A DNA stretch of 57,982 nucleotides, filler included, from Asterionella formosa (lineage: Eukaryota): NCBI GenBank assembly GCA_002256025.1. It is 5 parts of 5 records of this genome, joined end to end, with 100 filler letters (N's around TTAATTAATTAA, not from the genome) between each part and the next. Parts side by side here need not be neighbours in the genome. Positions count along the whole stretch, not along the records: positions 34,856 to 46,370 come from NKIB01008408.1; positions 46,471 to 57,982 come from NKIB01008417.1; 3 more parts are not named here. One strand, given 5' to 3'. Shown piece after piece: positions 36,076 to 48,201 of the stretch. The notes below the pieces were generated by a model. It saw only the letters and a program-made list of their open reading frames with translations. It had not been told where the DNA came from and made no database searches. The translations under genes and the position numbers were made by a program. The first letter of the stretch is position 1. Each line of letters starts with the position of its first letter.

Positions 36076-37287
36076 ATGAGCGACGATCAACAGTCGAAGC
36101 GCCCTCCTCCCTCCTTCTTGGGAGGATACCCAATGCCTACCAATGTATGCATCAATGTGGACGAGGAAGACGCTGGTGAAGAGACAACTCGTAGAATCGG
36201 AGGAATCAGCGTAATGCCTTCGTTTCAACCCATGACTATTGGGTTCCAGTCTCATTCAATGGCTATTCCTTCGTTACACCAGTTGGGTCCTTCTTTTAGC
36301 ACAGCTCCCCAGAAGGCTGCTCCTAGAATTTCTTCACCGGTCATTATCCAGAATCCTTATATCTCCAAGGTTGGCTGGAAGCTTCATGATGCCCCAAGCC
36401 TTCCCGAGTTCCATCCTTTGGAACGGTCTGCTGTGTTCGTTGCCCATACGTCTGCTACGGAAGTTGCCAAACGGATCAGTGAAGTTCTGCGAGTCCGATC
36501 AATTGAATCATCTTACGACAATATAAAGGCTAAGGCAAAGTGTCGAACTGCGGAACATGTCGATTTCAGAATTCGCCTTTATCGGGGGCGAAACCAATAC
36601 AGTCATGGTATCATTGTCGAGGTTCAGCGAAGATTTGGCTCATCTATCTCGTTTCATGAGGACACCACTGCTATCCTCGATGCAGCTCAATGCAAAATAC
36701 CCGTTCCCCCTTCCGCCATCAGTGGGCTCCAAATCGTATCAGACACAGAAGATGATTATGATGACACTAATTCCTCTCTACACTTCATTTCGAAGATGCT
36801 TTCGTTCCCAGGTTACGATTCACACAACCTTGCACTTCAGACTCTCGCATCACTGACTGACGCTTCCAAGATGGGCTGTAACACCGCTCGTAAGGTGTCG
36901 AAGGCCCTGCTCGAGGAAGATAGCGACGTGGGATCTAAGATTGTCTCTCTTGTTGCGGATAACAAGTTGGACCACGACGAGACTTTTGGCCTGCGGGTGC
37001 AGGCAATGGCAATCCTTTCCAACTCGATTCCTGCGGTACACGCTGATATTCCGTCGTGGCTGAGGGAGGAACTGAGACCTGTTCTTCTAACGCAACTGAA
37101 GAGAGCAGAGTCCAATCCGCAGCTTGCGTACTTGTCGTCGAAGTGTCTTGAACCACTAATTGATGGAGACCACAACAGCAGCGAGCTGCACAGTGCACTT
37201 GAGATCGCTAGATCAGTGGGGGAATCCAGACACTCTGCGCTTTTCAGGCAAGCTGAACGATGTATCCAGAAAATTAGCGCACTATAG
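36076..37287 (+). CDS. Hypothetical protein with a KA1-like alpha/beta domain and C-terminal ARM/HEAT-like helices
   Basis: Intact 403-aa ORF; VDFRIRLYRG..GIIVEVQRRFGSSISFH resembles the KA1 C-terminal strands and helix; helical Leu/Ala-rich C-terminal half. Confidence 0.75.
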   Translation: MSDDQQSKRPPPSFLGGYPMPTNVCINVDEEDAGEETTRRIGGISVMPSFQPMTIGFQSHSMAIPSLHQLGPSFSTAPQKAAPRISSPVIIQNPYISKVGWKLHDAPSLPEFHPLERSAVFVAHTSATEVAKRISEVLRVRSIESSYDNIKAKAKCRTAEHVDFRIRLYRGRNQYSHGIIVEVQRRFGSSISFHEDTTAILDAAQCKIPVPPSAISGLQIVSDTEDDYDDTNSSLHFISKMLSFPGYDSHNLALQTLASLTDASKMGCNTARKVSKALLEEDSDVGSKIVSLVADNKLDHDETFGLRVQAMAILSNSIPAVHADIPSWLREELRPVLLTQLKRAESNPQLAYLSSKCLEPLIDGDHNSSELHSALEIARSVGESRHSALFRQAERCIQKISAL

Positions 37288-37439
37288 GGATTCTTTTCTT
37301 CTCCTGAAAGCAACCGTTCTATCATAAACTAAACTTGCAACACCATTTCTTTTTTCAAGAAAGCTCCGCCTTATACAAACTTCTTTGTAAGTATCTGAAT
37401 GTCGAGGCATATTCCATAGGATGAAGGTTTAAGCTTTCA

Positions 37440-37960
37440 ACTACCAGGTACCAGTCCAAACATGTGTTCATCGTAGCGGTGTACTGGTAGTGGGAGTACA
37501 AACCAGGTATACCTGCCTGATACCATCTGCTGTGGTCCCACCGGTATTCACATGCATCCTAGTACCCGTACCAGCAAATTGCAGTAAATGAGCAATTTAG
37601 CTACGTTTTCATTATATGTACCCCGGTAGTAAGAACCGCAACTGCCCAGGTACCAGTACCACTCGGATGTCGAAAATGTTGCTGATGTCCTTTCAAAGTA
37701 CGAGGTAGAAATATCCTGGAGTACCGGTACTACCTGGTACCTGGTACTGATACCGCCCGCCGAGGTACCAGGGTAAATGTAACCAGGTACCAGGGTAAAT
37801 GGTACCAGGTACCAGTACCAGTGCTCCAACATACCGGTAGTAATGATTAGAAAGGAACATGACCATGCATTTCCAATGCATCAGCCATTCTTGTTGGAAC
37901 AGCCAAGGAGGGCAGCGGAGATGGTACATGGTAGGGTACTCCGTACCTGGTATATATAAG
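37440..37960. repeat. GGTACC/ACCGGT/ACCAGGT-rich intergenic tract
   Basis: Dense recurrences such as gtaccggtactacctggtacctggtac and ggtaccaggtaccagtaccag. Confidence 0.88.
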
Positions 37961-38038
37961 CAAGTTCCAGTAATTGTGCTGAAACTAAATATTTATCTAA
38001 CATTATCCCATATGCAATTGTTAAACTTGCAGGTACGA

Positions 38039-38115
38039 GCAAGTTGCGATCAGCCATTTTGCTTAAATAAACAATTTAATATTGGATAAAGATAGATAAA
38101 TATTTAGCTTAAAAT
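38039..38115. mobile_element. MITE-like element, copy 3 (right TIR degraded)
   Basis: gcaagttgcg..cattttgcttaaataaacaatttaatattggataaagatag matches copies 1 and 2. Confidence 0.65.
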
Positions 38116-38271
38116 CAGTCTGGCAATACGTAGGTTAACATAATGCCCAAACTCATACTCTTGGATGTCGTGATTCAGAGGAAAAGCGACCGGCATTGTT
38201 TTTCTCCGAAGCATCGATAGTGTGCCGGTAGACCAGTGTGTTGAACCATATAGCCCTACAGCTAAGGTATC

Positions 38272-41200
38272 ATGAGCGCTCCCGAGGCAGTGGCGCTGAA
38301 TTCGGCATTGATGCCCTTTGGAGATTGGAGGGAGGTTTGTCTGTTGCAGCAAGATCTCACGAAGACAGAAGAGTTTCGGTCTGAATCGCAACTCTTGTTT
38401 TCTTCTTTAGTTCAGTCAACGCAGGTTGAGGCTGAGGGTGTCATTCTCACCACGAAATCATTTCAAAATGAAGCAATTGCGCAGCTCGTTCAAGAGTTGG
38501 GTCCAGCGTTGACATTGGGAACTCACATCAGTCGAATTTGGGCCCTCTATTGCATGTGCGGAGCCATCGAAGGCAGCGAAAATGCTGGATTGTCCCACAA
38601 AGTTATACACTCGTTAGGATCATTTCTTCTTGGATATTGTGGACCCCTGGAGGAAGACGATGACCTCAATTCGGATGAGGGCGCTCGTGATGCGGCCATT
38701 CTTTGCCTGACTGCACTGGTTAGAACAAAGTTGGATTGTAGGGAATCAGCGGAGCGAAAAGAAAATAATATCCTTCGCATGAATCTGGCGAAAAAAGGAC
38801 TGCAGCTACGATGTGCAACTCCTGAATTGGATGCTGGCATGGGATATGACCACGGGTACAATATTACTAGCACACCAGCAAGCAATGATGTTCGCAGTGG
38901 ATTGTCAAATCTGCCTCGATCGAGAAGGTCATTATGCTTTGGATTGATTCGGGCCTGCATTGATGGAGTTGCCTCATCTACTTCCGACACTATTAACTTC
39001 GACATCACTGCCGAGCTATCTTCCTTTACCAGTTTTGCTTCCACTTGCCTGCACGGTGAATCAGATCCACGGTGTCTTCAAGAGCTCCTTGAAATGATGA
39101 ATGTTCTTCAACATTCGTTTCTACCATACTATACTTCTGCTGTAGTAAACGTCAAGTTCCCCATTATAAGTGTATTTGATGCAGTTGCCCCATATTATCC
39201 CATCCAATTTACACCACCACCAAACGACACACATGGAATCACACGGAAGGGATTGCATCTTGCACTAATGTCAGTGTTGTCATTCGATGCATTTGATACT
39301 ATAACTGACAGACGAGATACAATGTTAAATTCGAGCGCTGGTATCTTTCTGGAGCGAATGGTTCCATTGGACCAAGGAGATTCCTCCGTTGAAGACAAAA
39401 AGGAGGCAATCGAAGATTTCGCGTCGCTACTGTTTTCTTTCACCACTGATGGAATCACGAAACGGTGTACTCAGCTACATGAAGATATCATACATGAGCT
39501 CTCTGTTGCAATGATGTCTATACACGCCGATGCTGCCGCAAATGCGTCTTTAGGGGGTAAGAAGGGCCGACACAACAAAGCGCTTGCTGACACCTGTCGA
39601 CTCTTTGTATCGAGAGTTGCGTCCGATCTCGAGTGCTGCAAAAATGAATTCCTCTGGAATATTTTTGTCTCGGATGTTGTAAAGGAAAACTCGACTATCC
39701 TGTCGACCTCCCCTCAAACTATTGAAGGGAGGACTACTGTAGCTTACTTGGCTTGTCTCGCTGCTAGTGGCGGCCCGAAATCCTTGAACATGTGCCTCCA
39801 ACATGCATTACCTCGACTAATAGATGCCTTAGAAATTGGATCAGGCGACGAAGAGAAAATGGCAGCAGCAGCATATGGTCTTGCCGCGTTCTATTCATCA
39901 TTTCGTGTTTGCTTTGAACGGGGAAGGAAAGCAGGCGTAGCCTTTCACCCTCACCCACTTCGGGATTTCAAGCCAATGAAAGCTCTCATTGCACTTAGTA
40001 ACGAATCCGAATTGAATTCATCAACTAGAGTGGCGGCGATCAGGGCAATGGATGCCGTTCTGGTGGTGACTCCTTTAGAATTTGTTTCTCAAAGTGATTT
40101 TCTCTTGATACACCCATTCCTCAATTCTCTTGCCAATGCTGTTACATCGCTTTATAAAACGCCATCCGAAATTGAGATGCTAACGGCTGCATCAAGAACC
40201 CTTGGATCCTTGATCAGCAGATGTTGGGAACCGTTGGGCGACAATGACAAATTAATGTCAGCAGCTCTCGACAACGATGAAACACGGCGGTTAGTGAACG
40301 AAGGTATATTCTTGAAAATTCTATCCCATTCAGCCAATCATGCAATAAAAGGGGAGCTTGAGATGTGTCAATATGCTTTACTGACTTTAGCTTTGGCAAG
40401 CGAAGATTCCAAGGAAGTTGCAAATTTGGTCGTTAGAGGATTGGCTGGTATTCTTGTTGAGAGTTTGAAAGATACTAGCGTATCGTATCAATCCAAGTCA
40501 GCAGCAACCTTTCTGTCGTTTATTCTACGGCGTGGTGGAATTAATACAGTATCTGCATTGCACCGAGCTAATGATCATGATACCAACTCGCTTCGTATCC
40601 TACACCTTCTCTTTCCTGAGCAAACAAGGAACCAGATTCCTTCCACTCGGGCACTTGGAAGGGCAATGAGCACTCTTGAACTCCCATCAACCGAAGAGGA
40701 ACGGAAAGCTATGTCAGAATCGGTAAGCATCACAATAACCCCAGCCATGGCCACGGATCGCCAAGTTAGTTACCCTAACACATTTTCAATTAGGTTCGTT
40801 CTGCATATGATATCATTCCATACCTACTACCCGCTTTTGACAGCGACCTTCTGGCAATTCCTTTGCCGGAATTGGCTGACATAGTCGGACACCTCCTCCC
40901 ACCACTTTCCGATTCTCAAAATGCTCAACTATGCATAACTCTGCCATTCCTATCAACTGCACTTTGTCACGGAAACAAATCGAACCTCGCACTCGAGAAT
41001 AAGCTGAATGCACTCTTTTCAAGCCTCTTAGAGTTTGCACTTTCTAGCGATAATACCGATGCAGCTCGGGCTGCCGCAGCTAGTTGTCTGCATAGCATTG
41101 TGACAAGGTATCAATCAAATCCATACGAAGATATCTTAACTGAATCATGGAAGTCAACCATTTTCCTCTCGTTAGTTTCATCAATTGAAGCAGCCAACAC

Positions 41201-42184
41201 GAAAACAGAAGCCCTTGCGGAAACCCTTTCATTGGTTGCCATGTTGGTGCGTATGGTGTCGTGTAACACGTGTCTTCCTATATGTACCACTCGCTCACGT
41301 TTATCGTAGGGAGCAGCGGCTGCATGCAGAGGCAAAGCATCAGCGAAAACCGCAGATGCCACGTTGGAGCTTCTGGTGATACTTGCTTGCTCGGGCCATG
41401 TTAATGTGCCATTTTCGAGTAAGACCCTCGACCTGATAGCCATTGAAAATTCAGTTTTGGGATCAAAATGTCAACTGAAGGCAGGAAGTGCATTTGGCAC
41501 TATGCTGGCAATGAAGGGACACGGAAAATTCTGGAAACAGCGATTGACGCACAAGGCTAGGAAGTTATTTGAGGAGCAGGACAAGAACACTTCATTCGTC
41601 CAATCTACAATTTCTTCAAATTCTCAAGGGCGTTTAGCCGTGCTGTGTCATATTATTCTCGCCAGTCCCACCAATAGCTTAAAGCAACTCGCTCTAGAAA
41701 GTTATGCACAAGAGCTTTTTTCGACCCTGCAACTAACTTTTCCCAAACTCAACGACACCGATTTTGTGCAGCTTGAGTACGACTGTGATACCCTGTCTCT
41801 GAGATTACTCCATCTCACTGCTACTCTCAAATTTATGGCTTGTTCTCCAACTGCAGTAAGTATTCGAGACTGATGAACATCATTTTTTCTGACGCTATAC
41901 TAACAACCACTGAATAGGCTTCACGATATATCCCACTTCTTGTGACTGTATTCCTTCGTGTGCTCTCGAACTACTCCACTGAGGATAGGACACGTGAGTT
42001 AATAATTCAGTTCCTAGCGTTGCAAGGGTTGGTAAATGCCACCGGGTTCGAGGCGTCTCGAAAACAGTTGGTTGCGATGAAAGCGGCAGTTGTATCCACT
42101 CTTTCCGCATATCTAGACCATCCCAGTGTTTCACTTCGTCAGGCAGTTGTCACGGCAAACAACACATGGGCTGTTTTCAAGTAG
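38272..42184 (+). CDS. MMS19: MMS19/Met18, cytosolic Fe-S assembly targeting-complex HEAT protein; exons 38272-40722, 40794-41246, 41310-41855, 41918-42184 (1238 aa)
   Basis: GESDPRCL (GEKDPR motif), FDAVAPYYPIQFTPPPNDTHGIT, C-terminal LDHPSVSLRQAVVTANNTW. Three GT-AG introns (71, 63 and 62 bp) join the ORFs in frame. Confidence 0.92.
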
Positions 42185-42248
42185 TTATCTCAACCGATAG
42201 CGTAATTTGAGAATTCTCACTACAAGATTATATATGTTTTCCTAACAA

Positions 42249-44913
42249 CTATGGTCGCCAATGACGAAGCTTGTCTACTAATGAAGTGCTGCAGCTAGGC
42301 ACGATGTCCTCATCGATAGCGCTGAGGAAATGCAACATTGTAACCTTCTGACCTCCGTGTTTTGAATCTCGAAGCGAGCGTACAGCGGCCGCGCGGCAAA
42401 GAGCTGCCAAATCAGCTCCACTGAAACCTTGTGTCTCCAGGGAAAGTTCTGAACAAAGCGTAGATATGGCATTTTCCTTATCGTCGTCTAAGAGTTGAAG
42501 ACTCATTTTCGATATATGAATTCGAAGGATGCCTGCTCGGTCCTCACGCGAGGGCAATCCGACATAAACTGTTTTGTCAAATCTCCCTGCCCGTAGGAAA
42601 GCCTTGTCAATCATCCAAGGTGTGTTGGTGGCCCCTAAAACAACAACGCGATTGACTGCGTAATTGGCTCCCTCCATTTTGTTCCAGGTATCGTCATCTA
42701 TTACCGCCCATCTATTGATATCATCCAAACACTGCAAAAGAGTACTTGCCAACTTGCCACTACCACTTCCACTTCGATCCGTGAAAAGAGCTTGGAATTC
42801 GTCGATGAAAACCACTGAAGGCGCATTGTTACGCGCTGTCTCAAAGGCCGCAACAAGCTTCTTTTCGCTAGTACCGATTTCCGCCTGAACAATTTCACTT
42901 GCTTGAAGAGAAATAAACGCACCTCCAATCGAAAATTCATCTCCACTCTGTGAACGCAAAATTTTTGCGACAGCCTTGGCCAGTAAAGTTTTGCCAGTTC
43001 CAGGAGGGCCAAACAACAAGACGCCTGCTGGTGGGAGCAATCCAAATCTCCACAGCATTGCCCTTTTCACTGGATCCAAGGCAAGGGCTTCTTCGAGAAT
43101 CGATTTTGCTTCACTATTGCCACCGACAGACGAAAATGAATCAATATTTCTTTCGTTGCTTGGTATGCAAACCTTGTTCGCCAAGAAGGAAATCTCAGAA
43201 TCAGTTGACCCTCCTTGAAAACATTCCACCGCCTTTCCGAAATCATCTACTTGAACAAGTGCACCATCCCCCCTTACCGAAACAATTCGACGAAGGTGTT
43301 TGGCGACTTTCTCAAATGCCTCCCCCCTGATGGAAACAGCCGAAGCCGCGAAGACAGGCAAACGCAAATTGGCCAACGGCGATAGAACAAGACATTCATC
43401 CTCAAACGCTTTACGGAATGCGACCAGCCTTGTAGATGCCAACAGGTCCGGGAGTCGATACCTCCCTCCGACCAGAGCTCCAAAAACCGAGCTCTGGGAC
43501 CGCTCAATCTCCTTCGGTTGTTCTCGGTCTTGACAGGTGATGATGCCGACAATACACACATGAACACGCAAGCAGACACCATTAGACCCCAAAAGATTGA
43601 AAAGGGCATTTTTTGATGGAAAAGGGAATTCACCCTTACTCTTGAAAGATCCAGTCAAACTCTTCAAGAAAGATGCTGAGACGATGAAATTTTGCAATGT
43701 TAAACAATTAAGAAAGTAGGACCCAATTTTTCCAGGAAAAGTTCAACTCACCAATTGCATTGAGTACTGGAAGTGCGGCATCCCCTGAGGCAGTTCCACT
43801 TGAAAAGTTTGGAGGAAGAAATGCATCTAAATGATCCAAAATAATACAGATTGATTCGTTTCGGACTGCTGCGCTCATTACGATACTGTGTAGAACCGAT
43901 TCTAGAGCAGCGTCCGCATGGATTCCATACTTGGCCAGAAATGGTCCAGGTTGAAGTAAATGAACAGCTGCGCCAATTTCTTCACAAATTGCCTTTACTA
44001 GCAATGTTTTCCCTGATCCGTGATGGGGTGAATGCATGGTCAGCGCACCTTCGTGCATTCCACGAGTTTCATTTTCAATAATTGGCAATTCCAACTCAGT
44101 CATCATCTCTCCGTATTCAGCAGCAAGATTGTTACGCAACGTTCGCCTTCGAATGCTGCGCTTTCGTTTCAATTCCAATGCATCTGCAGTTGTGCCAATC
44201 GAAATCGATCTAGATAGTAAAAGCGATAATCTACGCCGTAATTCTTCGACTGCTTGGGGGTTCTGAATTCCCAGGAGTCGACTTTTGAATGATTCTCTGA
44301 GTTTCGCCTCGCGAGTTTCTCCCGTGAAATTTGCTCGCCAAAATCCGGATGCAAATCGTAACGTTTCGTTTTCAGCAATGGATATCGAACCATCTGTCAG
44401 AGATACTGCTTGCATTGTTGGAAGAATTCTGACCAATGTGGACTCTGTGAGCAACGCATTCGGTGATTCCCGAAAACTGTAGCCAACAATCCAACAAGGA
44501 ATAAAGTGGAGCCGAGTCGGATCTTCAGAAGGCATGTATATGACGGGAATGACTCTGTTTGTTTGAATCGACTGTACCCATCGGGGTTTCGACAGTGAAA
44601 TGATTGACCCGGAGCAAATTACTTTATTTCGATGGTCACTGTCAGTAGGTCCACAGTGGGAACCATGCTTATCCCAGTGTATACCCAGACGATCATCGTC
44701 ATCATCGTCATCCATGCTCCGGTATCTATTGAGCTTCCGAAGCAACGCCAGTTTTACCATCGGCACCGACATGCTCGGAATCTCATCTTGTTGGCTTGAA
44801 GGTGTAGGGTCCGCAGGCGCAATAAGCCAAAGAGGCGCCACTTCAACGAAAAAGAGGGAATCTCTGCATTCATCGATCATCGCCTGTATGTCTATACAGA
44901 GCTGTTGCAACAA
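42249..44913 (-). CDS. Double-AAA ATPase (CDC48/AFG2/PEX-like); intron 43676-43751; 5' end uncertain
   Basis: D2: GVLLFGPPGTGKT, VFIDEFQ, GATNTPWMIDKAFLRAGRFD, GFSGADLAALCR. D1: HHGSGKT, IILDHLD. A 76-bp GTGAGT...CAG intron joins the two ORFs in frame. Confidence 0.9.
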
Positions 44914-45367
44914 TGCTTTCCTCCGCCGTACCGGATTATTAATCCAACCATACTATCTAATTGAAAGGTGATCCGTTTTGTTGTTAATGCAGTGTGCATA
45001 CAGGGGACCTGATCAGTGCCGTACAAACAGTAAGCATTTTTGTTCCTTTTAGGGTCGTTCTTATCATTTTCGATTTGGTATCATTTTTTTGAAAAAGTAT
45101 CATGTAACGACTACTCGATTTAAACCGAAAAAATCCATTCTCCACAAAAATAAAAATGAAATTGTATCACCAAAAAGTATCACGAAAATTCAACGGTTAC
45201 GGGCTGGCTACAATCATGTGCATATCCCTCCAGGCTTCCCTCCAGACTATTTCGATAATTTTCCATTACTAAAACCATGTAGGAAAACTACGCGAATTAT
45301 GTACCAGTATAGAATATATAGCTGACATACCTGCTAAATTCTTGATTTGCCATGAGTCAACACAGAC

Positions 45368-46370
45368 ATGCAAGATCATCTATACACTTCTTCTTACACT
45401 TCTGCTTGCCATCATCCCCTTTCAGGTTTACAAGCAATCAGCACCATGTCATCATTGTCAGTGCACAATGACGAACAAGGGGATCAACATTGGACTGAAG
45501 AAGGTGCCGTGAATATCAACGATGGCAATGATGATGATGGTAATGATGTCATCAGTAATCAATTTTTTGATAATGAAAACAACCATCAATTCTTTGATTA
45601 CGATGACCATGATCAATTCTTTATCCTTTGTCATCTGGCTCTGGAGGCTGAAACGAAAGTTAAAAAGAGGAAGGCGAAATGGGAACATGAGAGAATGTCA
45701 TGGCATTCTCATGTCAAGAAGCTGTGTCATGAGGACGCTTTTGAAAAGACTTATAGAATGTCCCTTCGAGCCTTTAAGAAGTTGGTTTACTTGCTGGAGA
45801 GTGATGTCATTGGGAATTTCTCCAAGTGCGGTACAGCTACTCCCATTTACCCAAAAATTGTGCTGGCCATTGGACTTCGATGGTTGGCTGGAGGCAGCTA
45901 CATTGACATTCGTCATGCCTATGGATGTAGCATAGCTTCAATCTATAGATGCCGAAATTTATTTCTTGAAGCTTTGCTTAACTGTGATTATCTGAAAATT
46001 ATATTTCCTAAAACAAGGAGTGATTTGGTGAAATTGGCTATAGCCTTTGAACAAAAGAGCACAGAAGGGTTGATCAGAGGGTGTGTTGGTGCTATTGATG
46101 GTTTTTTAGCCACAATTAGTCGCCCCACGCTACGTGACTGTGGAAACAATCCAGGAGCTTTTTATTCTGGACATTACATGACTTATGGTATCAATGTTCA
46201 GGCTATCTGTGATGTTGAGAGTAGATTTATATTTTTTGGGGTGATTGCTCCTGGACGATGCAGTGATCAAGTTGCATTTGAGAGAACTGCTCTACCCAAC
46301 AAAACTGCATTATTTGATTCTGGTTTTTATCTTGTTGGTGATGCAGCATATACATTGTCAGATGTCATGT
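45368..46370 (+). mobile_element. PIF/Harbinger (HARBI1-like, DDE_Tnp_4) transposase, uninterrupted up to the contig end
   Basis: LAIGLRWLAGGSY, GCVGAIDG, INVQAICD, PGRCSD, YLVGDAAY. Candidate left end TTA|GGGTCGTTC at 45049-45060. Confidence 0.93.
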
Positions 46371-46470
46371 NNNNNNNNNNNNNNNNNNNNNNNNNNNNNN
46401 NNNNNNNNNNNNNNTTAATTAATTAANNNNNNNNNNNNNNNNNNNNNNNNNNNNNNNNNNNNNNNNNNNN
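46371..46470. other. Artificial contig linker
   Basis: Same N44-TTAATTAATTAA-N44 structure. Confidence 0.98.
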
Positions 46471-46498
46471 GGGGGGTCCAGGACAATGAAGTATACGG

Positions 46499-47403
46499 TA
46501 TGATCTTTAATCAATGAATTTAGATTTGTTTATTCTATAACTTTGATCATAACATATTGATCATATGATGAATGGTGTCGTTGATGAAAAATGAATGATC
46601 CTCATTTATTTTCAAGAATCAGGATTAATTGATCTTAAAAATATGATCAAATGATCCTAAACACATGAGCATATTCAGTTTTCCGCTGCACTATTGTGGT
46701 ATTTCCATGATGGAAGTAATTACCAGCAATTATACAGTACTACTGGTAGGCCATATGAATTTTGGTCAATATGTGTATATACATAAATGTATGATTTAGA
46801 ACATTTGAAAAATTGGTGATGACTCCCGTTTTTTCAAGGGGCTTAATTAAGTCAGCCACTGACTTGTAGGTACAAGAACTGACACACACACAAAAAATAG
46901 ACAGGTCGTGGAAAACTATAAACTTATCATGCATTGTATAATCAAAATTAATATTAGTATACACAGGATGTGCCGTATAACGAGCGTGTTTTAAACTATG
47001 CAAATTTCCAACTATATATACATTTAAACTTCTTACAAATATTTCTATATATGTATTCATGGCTGAAACATTTGAAATCATGGTTTCATGTCGTGGTTCC
47101 TTGTCAGGCATACACTTTGCTCCTGAAATGAAGGATTAACACAGATGATGACGCGGAAAACGAAAGTGATAATACAGCACAATGATACTTGCGGCTTAGA
47201 AGAGAAGGGCGGAATCAATTGATGGTAAGTCAAGAGCAAATGCCTTTCATGTTCCTTGTCATGCTGCATCCACTTCCTGAAATGAAGGATCTCAAGCAAC
47301 ACATTATGCGAAAAACTGAAGTGACAATACAGCACAATAAGAATGAGTGAATATGATGGAGAAGGGCGGAATCAATAAGCTTTGCATAGCATCACGGTTA
47401 GTT
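46499..47403 (+). repeat. ~0.9-kb direct repeat, copy 1 (with an internal 155-bp tandem unit)
   Basis: Aligns to 53901-54815; internal units at 47096 and 47251. Confidence 0.92.
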
Positions 47404-48201
47404 GTTAAGAGCAAATGCCAAGATGATCAATTGCTGGGATTACAAATATGGAATGACTCATTCCCTTTCAGTGATTCAATGGCGCCTTTTCGATTTGGTG
47501 GCTGGCCAACCATCAGTGTGGACAAAAGAAATCAGTAAGTGCTGCGGCCTATCAGCCATCTTTGGATCAATCCACAACTGTTAGAAAAGGAAAGAAAATT
47601 TTCGGGACAGAGGTTGTGGTTCTGACAGCTTCCACCTCCAAAGTACATGTGCAGACTGGAAAATGATGACATGGACATATTGTGTATGGTCCATGGGTAT
47701 GCTTCGATATGTTGATTGTTGTTTACATCATTCCATTGAAGCAGCATTGAGTCCTTCCAGTCCAGACTGATCTGTGTCTGCAGAGTTTTTCATATTGTGA
47801 CTGACACACGACTAAATTTTAGTAGTTCAAATTCCAATTCTTTGTCTTGAACCGGTATAGCCCTTTACATCAGAAGAAAAGAAAGATGATATCAAATGTT
47901 CGAGGAAAGTAAGAATAAGGTTTTCAAATTGAGCCTGAAAGAGAGACTGAAATCAGCCTAATGAGCCGGAAAGAACCCGGTACATGTATAAAATACTCTC
48001 TATTTCCGTTTAGACATTCCTCAGACTACATGTTGTCTTCGGACACCTGTCTACATCAACAGCCTAACAGACACATTCTGAAAGTGCAATTTACATAATG
48101 AGAACATGGCGGTTTTCGTCATAATGACTAAATGAGCGGAAGTTGCACGTTGTTTGCTAAACTTTAGCTAACTTTCAGTTTCAATACCTGTTCTAAGCTT
48201 G

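Noticed and set aside
37548..37929. ORFs rich in YQVPG/LVPGT
   Set aside because: They are translations of the GGTACC tract, not credible proteins.
23240..46370. Functional cluster of metal/cofactor genes (COX11, MMS19, Nudix)
   Set aside because: MMS19 is on a different contig from COX11 and Nudix, and they are ordinary housekeeping genes.
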